Shown piece by piece: positions 1 to 14,394 of a stretch of DNA of 64,000 nucleotides. The notes beneath the pieces are model-generated. The model was given only the letters and a program-made list of their open reading frames with translations, was not told where the DNA came from and searched no databases. The DNA lies in the NCBI RefSeq assembly GCF_009914755.1, contig NC_060927.1; one strand, 5' to 3'. The stretch comes from the human T2T-CHM13v2.0 reference genome, Homo sapiens. Both the position numbers and the translations under genes were made by a program. Position 1 is the stretch's first letter. Every line of letters begins with the position of its first letter.

Positions 1-141
1 TGGTTCAACTTATCTCTCTGCCCAATCCTACTTCCTTTACTCCTTCTAAGGAGCTGTTCCCAAAAATACTCCCCAATGAAACTCCTGAATGCATATGTCA
101 GAGTCTCAGACTCTGTTTCCCAGGGAACCTGACCTATGACA
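1..141 (+). mobile_element. 3' end of an old ERVL-class LTR
   Basis: Ends ...ctctgtttcccagggaacctgacctatgaca, typical of LTR16/LTR33-like termini. Confidence 0.55.
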
Positions 142-1033
142 AAACCCAAACCAAAAGGCCTTGGCTGAGGTTGTGCAGAAGATATTAATGTCTTAAATTC
201 TGTGGTTTCAGTAGGCATTCGAATGGCCAGGAAAGCATCAAAAGCAAGGAGTTACACAGTCCTAACCCTCTATGTACAAATGATGTAATGAAAAGGCAGT
301 AGGTACAAGAGACGGAAGTACGGGTTTCTAATTTGTGAAAGACTTCAGTTTCATTTCTGGTCTTTCTACTCATAAGCTGTGTGATCTCTCTGAGCTTCGA
401 TTTCTCTTCTAGGCATTTACTAAATATCACCCAAATGCGCAATCTGTGCTAGAATACACACAGCCAGGATGCTAAACATTACACAACAAGCACGTGGAAG
501 TTAAGAATAGTTCAAGAGAGGACCCTGGACAAAAGGCTTGAACCTCCAGCAAGGATTTTTCTCTCATTTATCAGGCATTAATTGCCTCTGGGACAATTTC
601 TTTTTCCATTGCTTTATTTTTTTCACATAAACTGTGAAATTTATATACAAAGTATGCATATCATAAAAAAGGGTTTTAAAAAGAATAAACTTCTACCTCT
701 CAACCATCTAGCTTAAGAAAGAACACTGCCTGGAAAACTTCAGGTTCTTTAGCTAAAGTCAAGGATGGTAACATTGGCCTTCTGAGCCGTTGGCACACAA
801 CGGTTGATCAGTAAAGAATAGCTACAATTATTAGAAATGGACGGAACTATCAGCCTAGAGATGATTATTAAACTAAACACATCTTAGACAGTTATAACTC
901 TAAAGTCACAATTAAGAGACCCCTCTATGAAGACACATACTATACATCAAATGTACTGTTTTAAGTTATTTTCAGATATAGTCCATTAAAAGAAACTAAG
1001 TCTTCTTTTCCTTAAGATGACATGTGCTTATAC

Positions 1034-1098
1034 CTGACTCTGTGGAGTTCAGCTCCTGATTCCTCAGGCCCTCGTGGACAGTCCTCGAGGATGGTACT
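1034..1098 (-). CDS. SFMBT1: SFMBT1 exon 14, QVPSSRTVHEGLRNQELNSTES (65 nt)
   Basis: ttttcttgacccag acceptor, CAG/gtataa donor; phase 2 to 1. Confidence 0.92.
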
Positions 1099-1273
1099 CT
1101 GGGTCAAGAAAACACAGTAAAATAGTGAGATAATTCTTAAGATCAGTAAAGTGTGAGGCTTAGTTTCCTTCAAATCTAAGAAGAAAGCAAATGTGGCATG
1201 TTCGCAAAATCTGTAACAGAAGGTACTCCCTTGATGATACTTTTTTTTTTTTTTTTTTTTTTTAAAAGAACAA

Positions 1274-1690
<417 letters not shown>

Positions 1691-2106
1691 TCAAACTTTC
1701 TCTTCATTCACTGGGCAAAAAAATTACAAAATTTCTTGTGAGATGCTTAAATCACAAATAAACTACTCATTTTTCAACAGTCAAAGAACAGAAACTTTAT
1801 ATAGGGTTCGTTTTCTTCGTCCATCAGTTTTCAAATTAAAGACAAATTATGTTATTTAAAAAAAAACAGAGGCTTATTCTGTATGTAGCAATCACTGAAA
1901 AAAGGCTAATTTATCTTTTAGAATGCATCCTAACTAAAGCTTTGGATCAGTTTTGGCAACTAAGTCAAGGAAAAATCCAAGGTCAGTCTTTTTTTCATTG
2001 TTACCTCACTTCTCTACTTGGGATAAATGTCTATGGCCTTTCTCTCCACTTCTGTTGTTAGTTTTATTACCCACATAGTTACAAAGGTTTAGGTAGTTAT
2101 AGAATT

Positions 2107-2822
2107 TGCTATATACAGAATTGTTTCCTCCTACTCAAATTCATATGTTGAAGCCCTAGTGCTCAGTGTAACTGTATTCGAAGATAGGGCCTTGGGGAAG
2201 TAATTAAGATTAAATGAGGTCATAAGGGTAGGCTATAATCCAATAGCATTGATAGCCTTACAGGAAGAGAGGGGTCGGGGGGTGCCGGGGAGAGAAAGAT
2301 TTTTCCACCATGCAAGGACACAGCCAGAAGACAGCCATCTGCTAGCCAGGGAGAATGCCCTCACTAGGAAGCAATCTACCAGCACTTTGATCTTGGATTT
2401 TCCAGCCTCCAGAATGTAAGAAAATAAATTTCTGTGGTTTAAAGCAGGGGTCCCCAACCCCAGGGCCACGGACCAGTACCCGTCTATGGCCTGTTAGGAA
2501 TGGGGCCGCACAGCAGGCAAGGGAGCATTACGGCCTGAGCTCGGCCTCCTGTCACATCAGCAGCAGCATTAGATTCTCACAGGAGTGTGAACCCCATTGT
2601 GAACTGTGCATGTGAGGGATCTAGATTGCATGCCCCTTAGGATAATCTAATGCCTGATGATCTGAGGTGGAACAGTTTCATCCCAAAACCATTCCCCACC
2701 CCAGTCTGTAGAAAAACTGTCTTCCACGAAACCGGTCCCTGGTGCCAAAAACGTTGGGGACCGCTGGTTTAAAGCCACCGAGCCTGTGGTATTTTGTATG
2801 GCAGCCCCAGCAGATTAATAGA
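2107..2822 (+). mobile_element. MaLR solo LTR (MLT1A/B-like) interrupted by MER1B
   Basis: caaattcatatgttgaagccct ... ccagcctccagaatgtaagaaaataaatttctg motifs. Confidence 0.85.
2445..2766 (+). mobile_element. MER1B hAT-Charlie DNA transposon
   Basis: TIRs caggggtccccaac / gttggggaccgctg; perfect 8-bp TSD gtttaaag. Confidence 0.92.
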
Positions 2823-3366
2823 GAATTCAACACCCAATGTTTTAAAACACACATATACACACAGAAACATTTGTACTTTTAAGGTTTGAAGGCACTACTA
2901 ATTAACTGTTTCTCAAAAGCTGTGTGTGCAGGTATGTTACAAACGAAGAATTTCTTGATGGGCACAAAGCCACTCCTTTGAATGTGCCTTTTCTTTTAGA
3001 GCTGTCTTCTACCCCAGCTTTATTTTTTTCCACTGTGACAAATCATACCCTAATTTACAATTTTTGCTCTTCCTTAATGAATACCAGCATGGGCACTCTT
3101 ATTTTCTTTCTTTTATTCAACTATCTTAAGGCTCTAAAAGCCAAAGAAAACTCAATTTAGACACCATCTTGAGAATGCATTTTACCCTTTTGTATATAAT
3201 GCCATTTTAGAAAATGCATATACTGCAAAGAGAAGTATACAAATGATCAAATGTTGAATTAAAAAATTATGCTTCCATCTGAGAAAATGAGGAAATATAC
3301 CCTCTGAAATAGTTATTTTTCTAGATATTCTAACTTGTAAACTGTTCATATTATTACGTTACTTAC

Positions 3367-3409
3367 TGTTTTTCTGGCTGAACCACTGCAATTTTCCTCT
3401 GTTTATATA
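3367..3409 (-). CDS. SFMBT1: SFMBT1 exon 13, VYKQRKIAVVQPEK (43 nt)
   Basis: tttttctttctacag acceptor, ACA/gtaagt donor; phase 1 to 2. Confidence 0.93.
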
Positions 3410-3509
3410 CTGTAGAAAGAAAAAAATATATAAATGCCAAGAAAAATAAAAAGACAAAGGAAAATTCATATGTGTATTAAGGTTACATTAGCATATTTAA
3501 AACCTGGTT

Positions 3510-3570
3510 CTGTGTGAGTGTGTGTGTATATATGTGTGTGTGTATATATATATATACACATATATATAGT
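3510..3570. repeat. (TG)n/(TA)n microsatellite
   Basis: Directly visible. Confidence 0.85.
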
Positions 3571-3699
3571 ACTATAAATTAATGCTTATGTCTGAATATC
3601 TAGACTGAGGCACATTTTCTTAGTAGGGATCTTTATACAAAGAGCAAAAATAATATTTTCAAGGCTCCCTGGGTCAGTAAGTGTTGGGAAAGCTCAATG

Positions 3700-4505
3700 A
3701 ATAAAGTTGGACCCTTACCTCAGATCAGTGGTCCCCAACCTTTTTGGCACCAGGGACTGGCTTCATGGAAGACAATTTTTCCATGGACCAGGGGGTGGGG
3801 GGTCATTTCAGGATGAAACTGTTCTACCTCAGATCATCAGGCATTAGATCGTGCAACCTAGATCCCTCACGAGACAGTTCACAATAAGATTCTTGCTCCT
3901 ATGAGAATCTAATGCCGCCCCAATCTGACAGGAGGTGGAGCTCAGGCACTAATGCTCACTCGCCCGCCACTCACCTCCTGCTGTGTGGTCCCACGGGTTG
4001 GGGACCCCTGCCTCATATCATATATAAAACTTAACCCAAAGGGGATCAAAGATCTAAACATAAATGTAAGGGTTAAAACTATAAAACTCTTAGAGAAAGT
4101 TTTATAGGAGAAAACTATAAAACTTATTCTTAATAGTCAAAAAATGGAAACAATTCAAATGTCCATCAACTGTTAAACAGATAAACAAAATGTGTCAGAT
4201 TTATAGCATGGAATATTATTCAGCTATATAAAGGAATAAAGAACGGACACACACTACAACATGGATGAACTCTGAGAGCAGTACACTAAATGAAAGAAGC
4301 CAGTCACACAAGACCATGATCCCATTTATGTGAAATGTCTAGAACAGGCAAACCTATGGAGACAGAAAGTAGATTCGTGGATGCTGGAGTGGGGGTTGAT
4401 TGCTAATGAGTATAGGGTTTCTTTCTGAAATGATGAAAATGTTCTCAATCTGACTATGGTGATAGCTGGTACGTCAATTGTAACACCATAAAGCTGTTTA
4501 AAAAG
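3700..4505 (+). mobile_element. Old L1M 3' fragment (host of the MER1B)
   Basis: gttggacccttacctc, caaatgtccatcaac, gagacagaaagtagatt L1 motifs. Confidence 0.8.
3726..4010 (-). mobile_element. MER1B, opposite orientation to the 2445 copy
   Basis: TIRs cagtggtccccaac / gttggggacccctg; TSD cctcagat/cctcatat. Confidence 0.92.
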
Positions 4506-4514
4506 GGGGAAACT

Positions 4515-5318
4515 GGGTTGCCACTTTCGAGGTTAGGTTGCAGAAAGACTCTGGCTTCCATCTTCCTCAACCTCTCTTGCTCTCTTGCTTCCTCACTCTG
4601 ACAGAAGCCAGTTGTCATGTTGTGAGCTGCCTTACGGAGAGGCCCACATGGCAACGAACTAAAGGAAGGCTCCAGCCAACACCCAGCAAGGAGCTCAGGC
4701 CCTCAGTCCAGGAGCCCACAAGAAGATGCATTCTTGCTGCTATGGTCTGAATGTTTGTACTCTCCAAAATTCACATTGAAACTTATCCACCAATGTGCTG
4801 GTATGAGAAGATGGGGCCTTTGGAAGGTGATCATGTCACAAGGGCAGAACCTTCATGATGCAGATTAGTACTCTTATAAAAGAGATCCACAGAGCTAGTA
4901 GTCCCTTCTACCATGTGAGGACACAACGAGAAGGTGCCAACTATGGACCAGGAAATGCACCCTCACCAGAACCTGAATCTGCCAACGCCTGGATCTTGGG
5001 CTTCCCAGTCTCCAGAACTGTGAGAGATAAATTTCTGTTATTTATAAACTTCCCAGTGTATGGTATTTTGTTACAGCAGCTAGAATGCACTAAGACACTT
5101 GCCAATAATAATCTGTGTAAAGCTGGGAGCAGATCCTCCCCACGTTGAGCCTTGAGATGACTGGAGCCCTGGCTGACACTTTGAGTGCAGCCTGTGAGAG
5201 ACTCAGATCCAGACGACCCACCTAAGTTGCACCCAAATTCCTGACCCACAGAAACTGTAAGGTATTAAATATTTGTTACAATAAATAATTTCCTATGCAG
5301 GAACAGAGAACCAGAATG
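4515..5318 (+). mobile_element. MaLR LTR (MLT1F/G-like)
   Basis: gagaggcccacatggca, ctgacccacagaaactgt motifs. Confidence 0.75.
4738..5097 (+). mobile_element. MST-type MaLR solo LTR nested in the MLT1
   Basis: TG...CA ends (tgctatggtctga...taagaca), perfect 5-bp TSD cttgc. Confidence 0.88.
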
Positions 5319-5419
5319 TCATTTTTTTTCTCTGAAATGTCCAGATTAGTTTTAATTGGCAGCAGCCACACAGAAGATTATTTAACAATCAATCCTCTAA
5401 CCCAGAAATAGACAGATAC

Positions 5420-5533
5420 CTCGTGCTCGGCGAGGAGTGCTGAGGGGGTGGCCGTTGGTTTCACACCAGCCCAAAGGAAATATATCCATGGATTCCACAC
5501 TCACAATACATTCAGGTATAGGCTTCTTAGAAC
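5420..5533 (-). CDS. SFMBT1: SFMBT1 exon 12, [38 protein letters not shown] (114 nt)
   Basis: [11 protein letters not shown] motif; aaacag acceptor, GAG/gtatct donor. Confidence 0.96.
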
Positions 5534-5545
5534 CTGTTTAGATTT

Positions 5546-5573
5546 AAACAAACAAACAAACAAACAAACAAAC
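5546..5573. repeat. (AAAC)7 microsatellite next to the exon 12 acceptor
   Basis: Directly visible. Confidence 0.9.
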
Positions 5574-6587
5574 CTTTTTTTAGACCATTAAATAACCTTC
5601 TTCATAAACTATTTTCTAGATAATGTTCTACTCTTATAATAATGCAGACACAAGTCTCTTGACACAGAAGTCATACATTTTCATGTATGATAAACATTAT
5701 GAAAAAAAACTGTCTTCCATGTAAAACTGTATCAGGACCAAAATGGGTAGAGAATATACAGGGTGACACTTAAGCTAGGGAACAGCAAATAAGAAACTGG
5801 AACTACCACTGGTATCATTCAGATGGTTAATAAATATCACAGTCATTTCAGACAAATGGAAACCAAATGGCAAAGGTGACAATTTTACTCAATGAGAACA
5901 TCAGTTCTGGTACTTCAGGAATAAGCCAGAAAAGAAGAACAGTGAATTCAAATCAGGAAGTGATTTGGCAAGCTGCTGAACAAGGATTGCATAAAAGTCT
6001 ACATTCGATATTATCCTTGACATCCGCATTAAATGCCAATTCTACAAATCAGAAACAGTAGGTACCTTCTCAAAGTCTGACTATTTGGCAGCAGGATAAA
6101 AAAGCTGCTCAGGGCATATATGGTAACCGTAGCACTGAGTACTCACGCAGCGCCTTGCATCCACAAACCTGTCCAATTATTGAATATTACTTTTAGCACA
6201 GTTTACCATTTCTACTCTATATACTTTTTGGTTCTATTGGGCTGCAGCAACCAAAATATTATCTCTTCAATAAGCTAGGTGTTAATGTCCATGCTCATAT
6301 AACTTGGTCACATCAAAATATATGCTATTTGACTTATGTTTTCCCCTTCCAGAAAATAGGGGACTCTGTAGTAAAGAATTTTTATTCATATTCATTTCCT
6401 AAAATTTGGAATTTGAAAGCCAAGGACAGGAAAATAAATATTTCGCTTAGAGTCTTGCATTACAAAAGTCTCTGAACAAGATCCCTATTTAACTAATCCA
6501 TTAAGTTTAACAGGCAACATTACAGGAGTAAACAGGAAGCTCAAAGGAGAGTGGCCACAGGAAGGCTTCTAGAGTGCTGGCACTCAC

Positions 6588-6714
6588 CCTCCAGCTGGAG
6601 CCACAGGTAGGAGCCTCTCACTGCAGTGATGGTAGCAACACACACTTCTTCAGGGAGAATGGGGTTCACCGCCTCGAGCTTCATGTTCTCCTTAAATTCA
6701 TGTTCAGAAATTAA
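6588..6714 (-). CDS. SFMBT1: SFMBT1 exon 11, LISEHEFKENMKLEAVN...YLWLQLE (127 nt)
   Basis: MKLEAV motif; ttttctag acceptor, AGG/gtgagt donor. Confidence 0.96.
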
Positions 6715-6889
6715 CTAGAAAATGAATGAATCAAATCAATTTACTGGATTAACACAGTATTAACTCACGTGCTCAGCTAGAAAACCTTTTTCAAGTAGTA
6801 CTTAATCCCTAGGTTTAAAGATAACATTTATTTTGCATTGTTTTGCTTTTTAATGAAGCAAAAGGAAAATGTCTGCCTTTCCTGGTGTT

Positions 6890-7110
6890 ATAGGAAGTAT
6901 ACAGGAAGTACACTCTTTGATGTCAGATATTCCTGCATTATTGCTACTTGTATGACCTTGCTCAAGCTGTATAACCTCTTTTTGCCTCAGTTTCTTCACC
7001 TGTCAGATGAGGTTGAGAACTCCCATCTGGCTGTGCTATTACAAGGTATCAATGAAATAGTCTCTAAGGTTCTGTGTCCTGAACCAAGTGGCTATCAACA
7101 CTGTTGACTC
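6890..7110 (+). mobile_element. MIR
   Basis: tgaccttgctcaag...gcctcagtttcttcacctgt core. Confidence 0.75.
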
Positions 7111-8185
7111 ACTTCCCCTCATATAAAGCACCCTATCATACCACAAACTGCCTGGTTCATACTTGTATGTGTATCATAAGAGGCAGTTAGGATGAAGAAT
7201 GTTTATCAACAGTGGGAAAGGGTCATTTAAAACAGAAAAATATCCAGCATCCGTGTCAATGGACAACTGAACATCTGCATTTGAGTGTTCTCTCTTCTGA
7301 CATCTAACTTAAAAACTAAAGTTGTTTTTGGTTTGCTTCTATTTTGAAGACAAAAACTTAACATCTATCTTAAGATGGATATAACAGGAAAGGAAACAAC
7401 ATTTTATAAGCTAAAATTTAGAACAGGGTCTGGAAACTAAGTTAAAGGTGACTCTAAGCTGGCAGTAAAGAAAGCTAAGAACTGGAAGAACTGCCAGGTA
7501 CTAGGCAACTGGAGGTAGAGGAGACAGTCAAAACAAGGAGGATTTGTTGAAAACATTTAAGAAACATTTAGGTTATGCCATTGGCTCCTCGACTCCATGC
7601 ATTAGGGAAACCATTCCTTCCTCTCCCCTACAGAAGGTGAGATTTATCCTCTGGACAGGGTAAAAGAGAAGATGCCTAGGTAAGAGGACACAAGGAACTG
7701 CTGAGGGCATGTATGTCGTGACCAAAACAGCGGTTAGCCTATGGACTGCTGAGAGGCCCAGCCCTCCGCCTCTACCCACCAGACAGGGGACTAGAAGATA
7801 CTTCTTATGGTGATATGATAAGCCCAGGAAGAAACACATAATGATATGGATTCAGGTTTCCCCAACAAATGGCCAATCAGATTCCACCCTATAGGAAAGT
7901 TCAAGGTTGACAAGCTCCATCTACCTGCTCAGAGCTTTCAATCAGCTCTTCCTTTCAGTCACCCATTCTTAAATATAGCAACAACCAAGAATTACCAGAC
8001 ACCTAAGAAGATGAAAGTTAGGACCAAAACAGACAAGCAACTTGGAAAAAGCAGTGATTATGCAAGAAGAAAACTTCCCAAAAGGTGTGTGTGTGGGGGG
8101 TGGATTAATTAACAGCCTCTGAGAGATAAGAAAAACTATTGCATCCTTAGAGCAAGAATAGTATGATATTAAAAACAAAGAAGTA

Positions 8186-8475
<290 letters not shown>

Positions 8476-9241
8476 CTATTCAGAGTTCCAGAAAATAAAA
8501 AACATGATGTCAAAAATTAAAAACTCAAAAGGAAGGCCGAAAGACAAAGTTTAGGAAATCTTCCAGAAAATAAAGCAAAACGACTAAGAAACATAAAACA
8601 GGATAAAAAGATTTAAAAAGCAGAGGTTTGATCCAGAGGGCCACAACCAAATAAAAGAACTTCCAGAAAGAGAAAAGAGACAAAACGGAAGGAAGGAAAT
8701 CAAAGAAGTGATTTAAAAAAAATTTCCCAACACAGAAAGGCATGAAGGTCCAGAAAGAAAGTGCCCACTGAGAACCTAGCACAGCGGATGAAAACAGGCT
8801 CGCATCAAGGTTCATCACTGTGAAAAGTGGTTCTATACCTTCCAGAAAGGGTCGGGGGAAAAGCAGGTCATCTACAAAAGAACAAAAATAAAAATAGCTT
8901 TATAGCTTTTAACTTCTTGATAGTAACACTAGAAGTTAGAAAACAACTGAGCAATGTTTTCCGAATTCTCAAGCAAAATAACTTCCACATTGAGCCAAAC
9001 TATGAAGCAAGTCAGTAGAGTGAAGACATTTTCAAATATACAGTGTCAAAAAAAATTTACTTCCCTTGTACCCTGTTACAGGAAGGTACTGAGAGATGGG
9101 GATCCATCAAAACAAGGAAGCAAACCAAGAAAGAGGAGGCCATGAGATCTCTACAAAACAAGGGACCCCAAATCATACAAAAGGGGAGTGGGCAATTCCC
9201 TGGGTGACAAGGGCATTTCCATGATTAAAACTACATGGCAA

Positions 9242-9626
<385 letters not shown>

Positions 9627-9803
9627 CTAAGAGGGATGTCTCTTTAACAAAAGTGTTAGGAATGACAGATTTCTTGATGTGACTGCTTTTGATAATGAGA
9701 GACTACTGGGAAGTGTGGACAGCAGCAGCAATAGATAAAATTAAGTAAATTAAAAACAAGGCAATTATTATTGAGGATAAAAATTTTTAAAAAGAAACAA
9801 TCA

Positions 9804-10259
<456 letters not shown>

Positions 10260-10907
10260 TCATTTATCATAATTTAGAACCAACAGACTCAGCACCATAA
10301 GACAGGGTGAATTTAATTTGTTTTAATAAAGTCAAAGTTTTTAAATTAGAACCAAGTGACATGTCTAAAATAAATGACTCAAAAGATAGAAGGTTTTTAT
10401 TTTGAAAATGAAGAAATACAAATAACTAGAATTACAGTGAGAAGAACAGGAAGTAGTTATTTCTGGGAAGGGAGACTGTGAAACGGGGTAGGGCAGGGAC
10501 TGCTATTTTACCTTCTAAGCCTTTTACTGCTACATGGCTCTTTAAACCACATGCATGTATTATTTGGATAGAAGAATTTAAATAAGCTTAACAATTTTTC
10601 TCCACTTAATATTTCAACAGTTTTTCCTATTATTGAACCATGAAAAATAATCATAAAATTTCAAATTCACGATTTCAGCTAAGAAAAAATAAAACCAATA
10701 AACTTATAAAACTAACTTAATTAGCAAACTAACTGATTCACTTCTGCAGTAAATGTATTTTCCTTTAGACCATGTGATTACAATCACCACTGTGCTCATC
10801 TGGATTAAGTGAGATGATTATCTTCAGAGCAATAACATGGAAAGCAAGGGAAGCACAGCAGTCCCTGCAGCCCTGCATAGTGGCCATGAGGCCGTGGGGG
10901 TCCTCAC

Positions 10908-10990
10908 CGGAGGGAAGCACCTCTGGGGAGCAGCTTCAGCACCACACTGTTTGAGGTAGTCAGCCCAGTCAAAGTCCTGGCTTGGGTAGC
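10908..10990 (-). CDS. SFMBT1: SFMBT1 exon 10, GYPSQDFDWADYLKQCGAEAAPQRCFPP (83 nt, MBT4 arm)
   Basis: FDWxDYL motif in ORF 10824..11012; cctag acceptor, CCG/gtgagg donor. Confidence 0.96.
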
Positions 10991-12119
10991 CTAGGTGGGG
11001 ACAAATGAACAATGAGTCACACTACCACACCACATACGCCTGCCTGGCTTCACCCCTCACCAAGGGTCCACTCACAACTTCCAGTGATGCTAGTCTGACA
11101 ACTTTGATCATTTTAGAGGGAGAAAAGCATTCTATAAATCTAGAGCACTGTTAATTTTATAAAATAGAGCAACTCTGGTCAAACTGTAATAAGACAATCA
11201 GACTCTGGATAAATTTGTAAACTTTCAAATTTCAAACTAGGCATTTATTTTGAGCACTATTTTATATGATTAGTTGCTGGCAATTTACCAAAAGAATTTA
11301 AGACAGTTATGACTGGATTTGATTTGTATATATAAATCCACTCTTATTGTCAATTCTAAAGGGACTCGGGCTCTCAAGGAAAAGAGACAGCAAATAGTAT
11401 TAGTTAATCTGCAAAGACGAAGACTTTTTTTCTTTGTTAAAGCTGTTTCCTGAAATGTGTCTCAGATATCACTGATACAAATCCTCTTGTCATTTTCAGA
11501 TTCATATATTACAGAATATCAATGCTTTTATAATCTAAATCATGTATTTATTTCAGAAAAATCAAGCTTAGCACCCCACTTAAGTCTACTGAGGTTCTTG
11601 ATGGAAGCATCTCCAAGCTGCTGCTGACTCAGCACCATCTACATGCAAAGAGCTGAGCGAGGCCCAACTGCCTACTGTGTCTGAGTTGCTCTCAGCCTCC
11701 AGAGAGCTTAATGTCTCATAGGCAAAAAAATAGGCTACTCAAGTCTATGCCCTCTGACAGCCCAACAGTCCCTGCCTACCGAAGACTGGCACCATGTTCT
11801 CCCTTTGCCCCAACCTCAATGCCTGACAGTACATTTTCTGCCATTTTCAGTTATGTAATCTACTACCTTCCCTCTATTTACAAAGACACAGTTGATTTGT
11901 CTATAACAACACTGAAAGCTTCAGTATTTTTAACAACTGTTCCTTCTTTTTCACATAGAGGTGGCAAGCAGAATAAAGAACTTGGGATATCTAGAGCGTG
12001 CCTGCAAAGCAAGAACTTCCTTCTATGGCTGTTCTACACCACACCCTCCAACCAGGCATTCATCTGCTGTGTTCACTGATGGAGGAGACTCTAGGAAGTT
12101 CTGTTAATATTTCCCCCTA

Positions 12120-12232
12120 TTTGCCCCTTGAAGGGACCGAGTTGTACTCATTGAGCTTGTCACTCTCCCCAGGGATAAGCTCAATGCCTGGCTTACAGCA
12201 AACTTCACATGAATGTTTGTTGAATGAATAAA
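12120..12232 (+). mobile_element. L2 3' end
   Basis: tgcctggc...tgtttgttgaatgaat terminus. Confidence 0.65.
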
Positions 12233-13066
12233 AGCTGAATGGAAGACAAAGGTTCTGAGTTTATGACCCTTGTTAACAAGAAAGAGTACTTCCAGCCCAG
12301 TGTTCCAGCAGTCACCATTTAGAAAAGTGATGCTATGCTTTACTGAAAACCTACTAATAACATATATAGACTGCCAATCAAATAATCTGATTTGCTAATA
12401 TTAAAAAATCAGATAAACATCTGACATATTCTAGATTCTCTAAGTTTAAAAATATTAAAAATTTCAGTCAAGCTCAACTAACCCATTAATTAAGGGCCTT
12501 GATTAAAGGATCAAAGACTATATTTTGCAAAGTTGCAAATATCAGGAAAATGAGCTTTTATTTTCCTACCTACTCCCTGAGTTCTACTCTTCACCATAAA
12601 CTTCTCTGTAGAAAGTCCCCTCCATGACAAGGCTCAGACACCTAAAGATAATCAGTAATCTACCTTCTAACTCTGGCTCTACGGCCTCTTCTCACAAGCC
12701 AGCCCCCAGTGCTTGCTGTGCATCCAAGCTCACCCCTCTGCCACCCCTAACAGACATAAAAGGGACTAAGGAGCCAGCACGAACCCAGGTTGGAACCTGG
12801 TTTTCCAGGGGGTTATGAGGACATAGATATCAAAGTCAGAGGATAGAACGCACTCTCTTTAACAGTTTTTTAGCTCAGTTTGTAACTTTCAAATATGTAA
12901 ATACATGGAATCTAGACCTTTCCTTATACTTTTCTCAGACCCCAAAAACGTTAGGAACAGGCTAGGGCAGGAGGAGAGGGACAAAAGATTTCAGCAATGC
13001 CATCTGACATGTCTCATTTCAAGGAGAAGCTCTCAAGTGACAATTCAGAAGACAGCGAATGTGCAC

Positions 13067-13217
13067 CTGGAGGGGGGCTGATGTGTAGGCCATTCTTCAG
13101 ACTCCACTGCACAGGGAAGATGCCAGGACTGTCGGCGTGGCACACAAAGGATCGCCGTGCGTGGTTCTCAGGACGCAAGTCATCCATTTCCACCAGAAAG
13201 TACTTCTCATCAAAAAC
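13067..13217 (-). CDS. SFMBT1: SFMBT1 exon 9, VFDEKYFLVEMDD...IFPVQWSLKNGLHISPPP (151 nt)
   Basis: IFPVxW MBT motif; tatag acceptor, CAG/gtgcac donor. Confidence 0.95.
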
Positions 13218-13437
13218 CTATACATGCAATTAATAGATGAAATAGACAAATGCACACATATATATGTGCTTTCTCCTTGGCACAGCCAAACATATTACAA
13301 AAGTTCATACTCATGTGGGTATTAATAATACTAAACACTAAATGTTAGCTCTGTGTTATGTAATACATATAATTACTGTTTTAATTAAATGCTTTTCATG
13401 TATCAATTCAGTTTTAATCTTAACTGAATGAGGTAAG

Positions 13438-13542
13438 TACATATACATATATATACATATATACATATATATACATATATACATATATATACATATATAT
13501 ATACATATATATATATATATACACACACACACATATATATAT
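13438..13542. repeat. (TACATATATA)n/(TA)n/(CA)n compound microsatellite at an Alu tail
   Basis: Directly visible. Confidence 0.92.
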
Positions 13543-13854
13543 AGTTTGTTTGTTTTTTTTTGGAGACAGGGTCTTGCTCTGTTACCCAGGCTGGAGTGCA
13601 GTGGCATGAATTTGGCTCACCGAAGCACTGCAGTCTTGACTTCCTGGGCTCAGTTGATCCTCCCACTTCAGTCCCTTGAGTAGCTGGGACAACAGGCATG
13701 CACCACCATGCCCAGCTAATTTTTTTTAATTTTTGTAGAGACTCGGTCTCCATATATTGCCCAGGCTTGTCTCAAACTCCTGGGCTCAAGCAATCCTCCT
13801 GCCTCAGCCTCCCAAAGTGCTGGGATTACATGCATGAGCCACCACACCTGGCCC
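13543..13854 (-). mobile_element. AluJ inserted into a minus-strand MIR (about 13310-13990)
   Basis: AluJ diagnostics; flank ccatttcacagataaggagaatgag. Confidence 0.9.
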
Positions 13855-14017
13855 AAGTACCTTTATCAACTCCATTTCACAGATAAGGAGAATGAGTTCA
13901 AACAGAGGTTAAATAACTTGCCCTGGGTTACAAAACAAAGAAGAAGCAAAACCTGGATCCAAAGCCATGTAGTTTGGCTCCAAACAAAATTTATTCTAAG
14001 CTTAGTGACAAACTTAG

Positions 14018-14394
<377 letters not shown>

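Noticed and set aside
1096-1101. CAGAG tandem acceptor at exon 14
   Set aside because: The second AG is only 2 nt downstream and frameshifting; no sign of use
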